DNA of 64,000 nucleotides from an uncultured Verrucomicrobiae bacterium (GTDB taxonomy: Bacteria; Verrucomicrobiota; Verrucomicrobiia; Chthoniobacterales; Chthoniobacteraceae). Below are positions 60,961 through 64,000 of the stretch, one piece after another. How positions within the stretch are numbered: position 1 is the stretch's first letter; each line of letters opens with the position of its first letter. Under the pieces are notes generated by a model that was given only the letters and a program-made list of their open reading frames with translations, had not been told where the DNA came from and searched no databases. Location of the stretch: the NCBI GenBank assembly GCA_963769025.1, contig CAVYKI010000010.1, positions 460,585 through 524,584 on the forward strand, read 5' to 3'. A program made the position numbers and the translations under genes.

Positions 60961-62195
60961 TCACGGAGCAGCCGTCACGAGCGGGGCAAGGATCTCTGCG
61001 AGACCGCTCCGGTAATTCTCCCACGAACACCGCCGCGCAGTCTCCATGGCTGCGGCGCTCATTGCCTGGAGCCGCGGGCGGTCGGACGCGAGCAGTTCGA
61101 GCTTTTCCGCGATCGCCTCGGCCGAACGGATCGGGACGCCGAAGCCGTCCACTCCGTCGGTCACGATGTCGAGCCCGCCGCTGTTGCTCGTGGTGATGAC
61201 CGGCAGGCCCTGCGACATCGCCTCGAGCACCACGAGCCCGAAGCCTTCAAACAGCGACGGGAACACCAGCACATCGTGCTCGCTCATTTCGCGGAGCACC
61301 TCGGAATGGGGCACGGACGTCACCCACCGGTGCCGCTTCACCGCGGCGTTCAGCGGTTCGCATTCCTCCGACGTTTTCCTGCCGATCAATGTCAGCGTCA
61401 CGCCGCTTCCGAGCGCGGCGATGGCCTTCAGCACATATCCCAGCCCCTTGCGCTGCCCGAGCGAACCGACAAACAGCACGCGCAGCGGACGGTCGGACGG
61501 TCGGACGCTCGGATGGTCGGACGGAGCCGGGCCGCCATAGGGGATCACGTGGATCGGCGCGGTCATCCCGGGCGCGAGCTTCAGCGTGTCGCGCACAAAA
61601 TTGCTCGGCACCACGATCGTCGAGGCCGTCCGCAATTCGTCGTCCTTGCGCTGCAGCTTGGGCTCGCTGTCCGCGAGCCCGTCGAGCGTCGGCGCCCATG
61701 CCGGCTCCCGCTCGCGTTCCTCGCGGAAAATCGCGTGGGCCGCGCGCGTACCCGATCGGCAGTTCGTACACCCGGTGAATCCCCATCTCCGAAGCCACCC
61801 GGAACGTCTCCACCGCGCCGTCCTCGTACGCATAGACCGCGGACGGATTCAGCCGCGGCGGCGCTGTGCGCCATGTGGCGGTCCATCGCCTTGAAGACCG
61901 AGTCGATCGAAAATCGCGCATGCTCGCCACGGACGAGCGATCCGCATTTCAGCCGGATGGAAACCAGCCGCCCGAGTTCGCACCACGGCCGCGTGCGGAT
62001 GAAGGGCCTCAGCGCGTCTGGAAACGACCGGCGGCGCAGTTCGGCGCGCACGGCCCGCGGCAGCAGCCGGTTGATGAAGCTCCGGTCGTTCCAGCTGATC
62101 GAAGTCCACAGCTCGGCGAGCAGCCCCGCCTCCGCCATCGCGAGCGCGGCGTGTCGGGAGTTCTGGTTTCCGGTGGGATGGGAGAATGCAATCAT
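60961..62195 (-). CDS. GT4 glycosyltransferase; frameshifted
   Basis: SHPTGNQN, FVGSLGQRKG, PSLFEGFGLVVLEAM. Confidence 0.88.
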
Positions 62196-62219
62196 GGCGC
62201 GATTCAGGAGCAGGGACGG

Positions 62220-63328
62220 TCAGGCTTTGCCATCGCCGATGTATTCCAGCCACTCCTTTGCCAGCGCGGCATTCGAATAGCGCCTGAGGTAAAATTGCTG
62301 GAGCCGCGCCCTGATCGATCTCCCCGCGCGCGAGCGCCTCCATCATCGTGCGGACTCCGCCGAGGAATCTTCCCTGCTCGGGCACCACGATGCAGTCGGG
62401 ATTGTCCGTCGCGTAGTCCGGGATGCCGCCGACGCCATTCGCGACGAAGGGCACCCCGCAAGCCATGGATTCCAGCAGCACGAGCGGCGCGCCTTCCGGG
62501 AAAACCGTCGGCAGCAGCGTCACATCGTAAGTCGCCAGCAAATCCGCATAGGCCTGCCCGCTGGGGTAGCGTCCCAGGCAGCGCACGCGATCCCCGATCC
62601 CGTTCGCTTTGACGAACGCCTCGATCTCCGCCTGCTCCGGCCCGGAGCCGTGGATGTCCAGCGTGCTCACCATGTCCTTCAGCGTGTCCCATTGCCGCAC
62701 GAGCCAGAACGCCTGCTTGCCCTCGACCAGCCGGCTGAAGAACCCCGCGCGCGCCGTCCCGATCGGCACGGCCTTCCGCACCGCCACCGGAAGCGTCGCG
62801 GTGAGTTCCAGCGGCTCGGGAAATGCGGGGATTGCGGCGAGCTTCTTCCGCCACCGGAATTCGCGCGCGAACGTCTCCGCGACGCGCGGCGACTGCCCGA
62901 TCACCTCGTCGAAAAACCGCCGCACCAGCGGGCGCGGATCCTTTTTTCCAAACGCCTCGCCCGACATCCCCTCGTAGAAAATCTTCCGCACCCGCGACGG
63001 CAGCGCCATCCCCAGCAGCCCGAAATGCCAGCTCAGCCCCGTGCCCAGCAGCACGTCCGGACGGAAACGCCGCACCGCGCGGACGAGCCGCACCAGCTCG
63101 CGCAGCTTCGCCCGGACGCCGGGCATCTCCGGCATGTACACGATCTGCGCGCCCGCGCGCACGAGGTCATCATTTTCGCCCGGCCTCACCGTCCCCGACG
63201 TGCCGGCATGCAGCACGGTGATCACCGTCACCTCCCACCCCGCGCCCAGGAATGTCCCGCGCGAGCCCGCGCCCGTTCATCTGCATTCCGCCAGTCCCGG
63301 CGATCGTTGCAAAAAGCACCATTCTCAT
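62220..63328 (-). CDS. GT4 glycosyltransferase; frameshifts near 63250 and 62310
   Basis: MRMVLFATIAGTGG, FSRLVEGK, EGAPLVLLESMACG, LQQFYLRRYSNAALAKEW. Confidence 0.82.
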
Positions 63329-64000
63329 GCCGTCGGATCGTTTTCGGAAAACATCGCCGCAAACCGCGCCGCCACCACCGGCCAGTCGGACCGCGCAGAT
63401 ACCACTCCCGCAGCGCGCACGCGCGCCGGGCGAATTCGCCAAGCTCCATCCGCTGCACCGCGGGCGCCACCTCCTCCGGACGGATGAGGTGCACAAACGG
63501 CCCGCCGCACCCTTCATCCGCGACACGACCGCGCACGTCAGGCGCGCGAACGCGGCGAACGTCCCCGATTTGGAAAAATCGTTCTCGTTGCTCTGCGTGA
63601 GGAAGAATCCCGCGCGCGACAAAACCGCCGACACCTGCGGCGCACCGAGCACGCCGTGCCGCACGACCGCATCCGCGGGCAGCGTGCGCGCGAGCAGCGC
63701 ATCCGTTTCCGGCGGAAACTTTTCATCGGACGGCCCGATCACGTGCAGCCGTCCGAGCACTCCGGCCCGTGCCATTCCGCCAGCTCCGCCGCGAAATGCC
63801 GCACCGTGAGCAATTGCGTGAGCGGCACGCCGAACACCACGAAGTCCCTCGCCTCCCGGCGCGCAAAGCTGCCGTCCGAATCGGGCGGCGCGGGAATGTT
63901 CGCGGGCACGGGCAGGCAGCGCACATCGCGGCGCCCGGTGATTTTTTCCAGCCGCGCCGCGTGCTCCCGCGTGTTCGTCGCGACCACATTTGCCGCGCGC
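63325..64000 (-). CDS. Partial glycosyltransferase-like protein (5' end outside window), frameshifted
   Basis: LPVPANIP, FVVFG, KSGTFAA, SDWPVVAARF; ATGA overlap with next gene. Confidence 0.6.

Noticed and set aside
52096..61196. ORFs or N-terminal extensions containing LDCGSSLPL / AAASCRSP
   Set aside because: These are translations of the REP DNA, not genes

Overview
High-GC bacterial chromosomal segment. Gene content (PVC-type CxxCH heme protein, DUF1501, H-X-DG prepilin, exosortase-EpsI fusion) suggests Verrucomicrobiota, probably Chthoniobacterales-like; this is inference. About 20 genes, including guaA and tex, are broken by 1-nt indels, most simply explained by long-read consensus error, so many CDS calls span frameshifts. 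Layout: 0.8-9.5 kb PFK plus a candidate trans-envelope cAMP module (cNMP-binding histidine kinase, outer-membrane barrel, two FecR-domain paralogs, CHASE2 adenylate cyclase, HD hydrolase). 9.5-41.7 kb mixed housekeeping and PVC-typical genes (GT9, PIN-PhoH, PQQ propeller, DUF1501, RelE TA pair, beta-helix enzyme, tex, aat, guaA, adk-like, fmt, UDG, hom, GNAT+HDAC, pdxA). 41.7-64 kb a minus-strand exosortase-linked glycan biosynthesis locus. The most striking structure is a REP-associated tyrosine transposase (RAYT) inside that locus, with six clusters of a ~90-130 bp palindromic REPIN, each 7-26 nt after a stop codon, dividing the locus into cassette-like units. Two further palindromic repeat families occur, one nested inside the other. 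No tRNA, rRNA or CRISPR array was seen.
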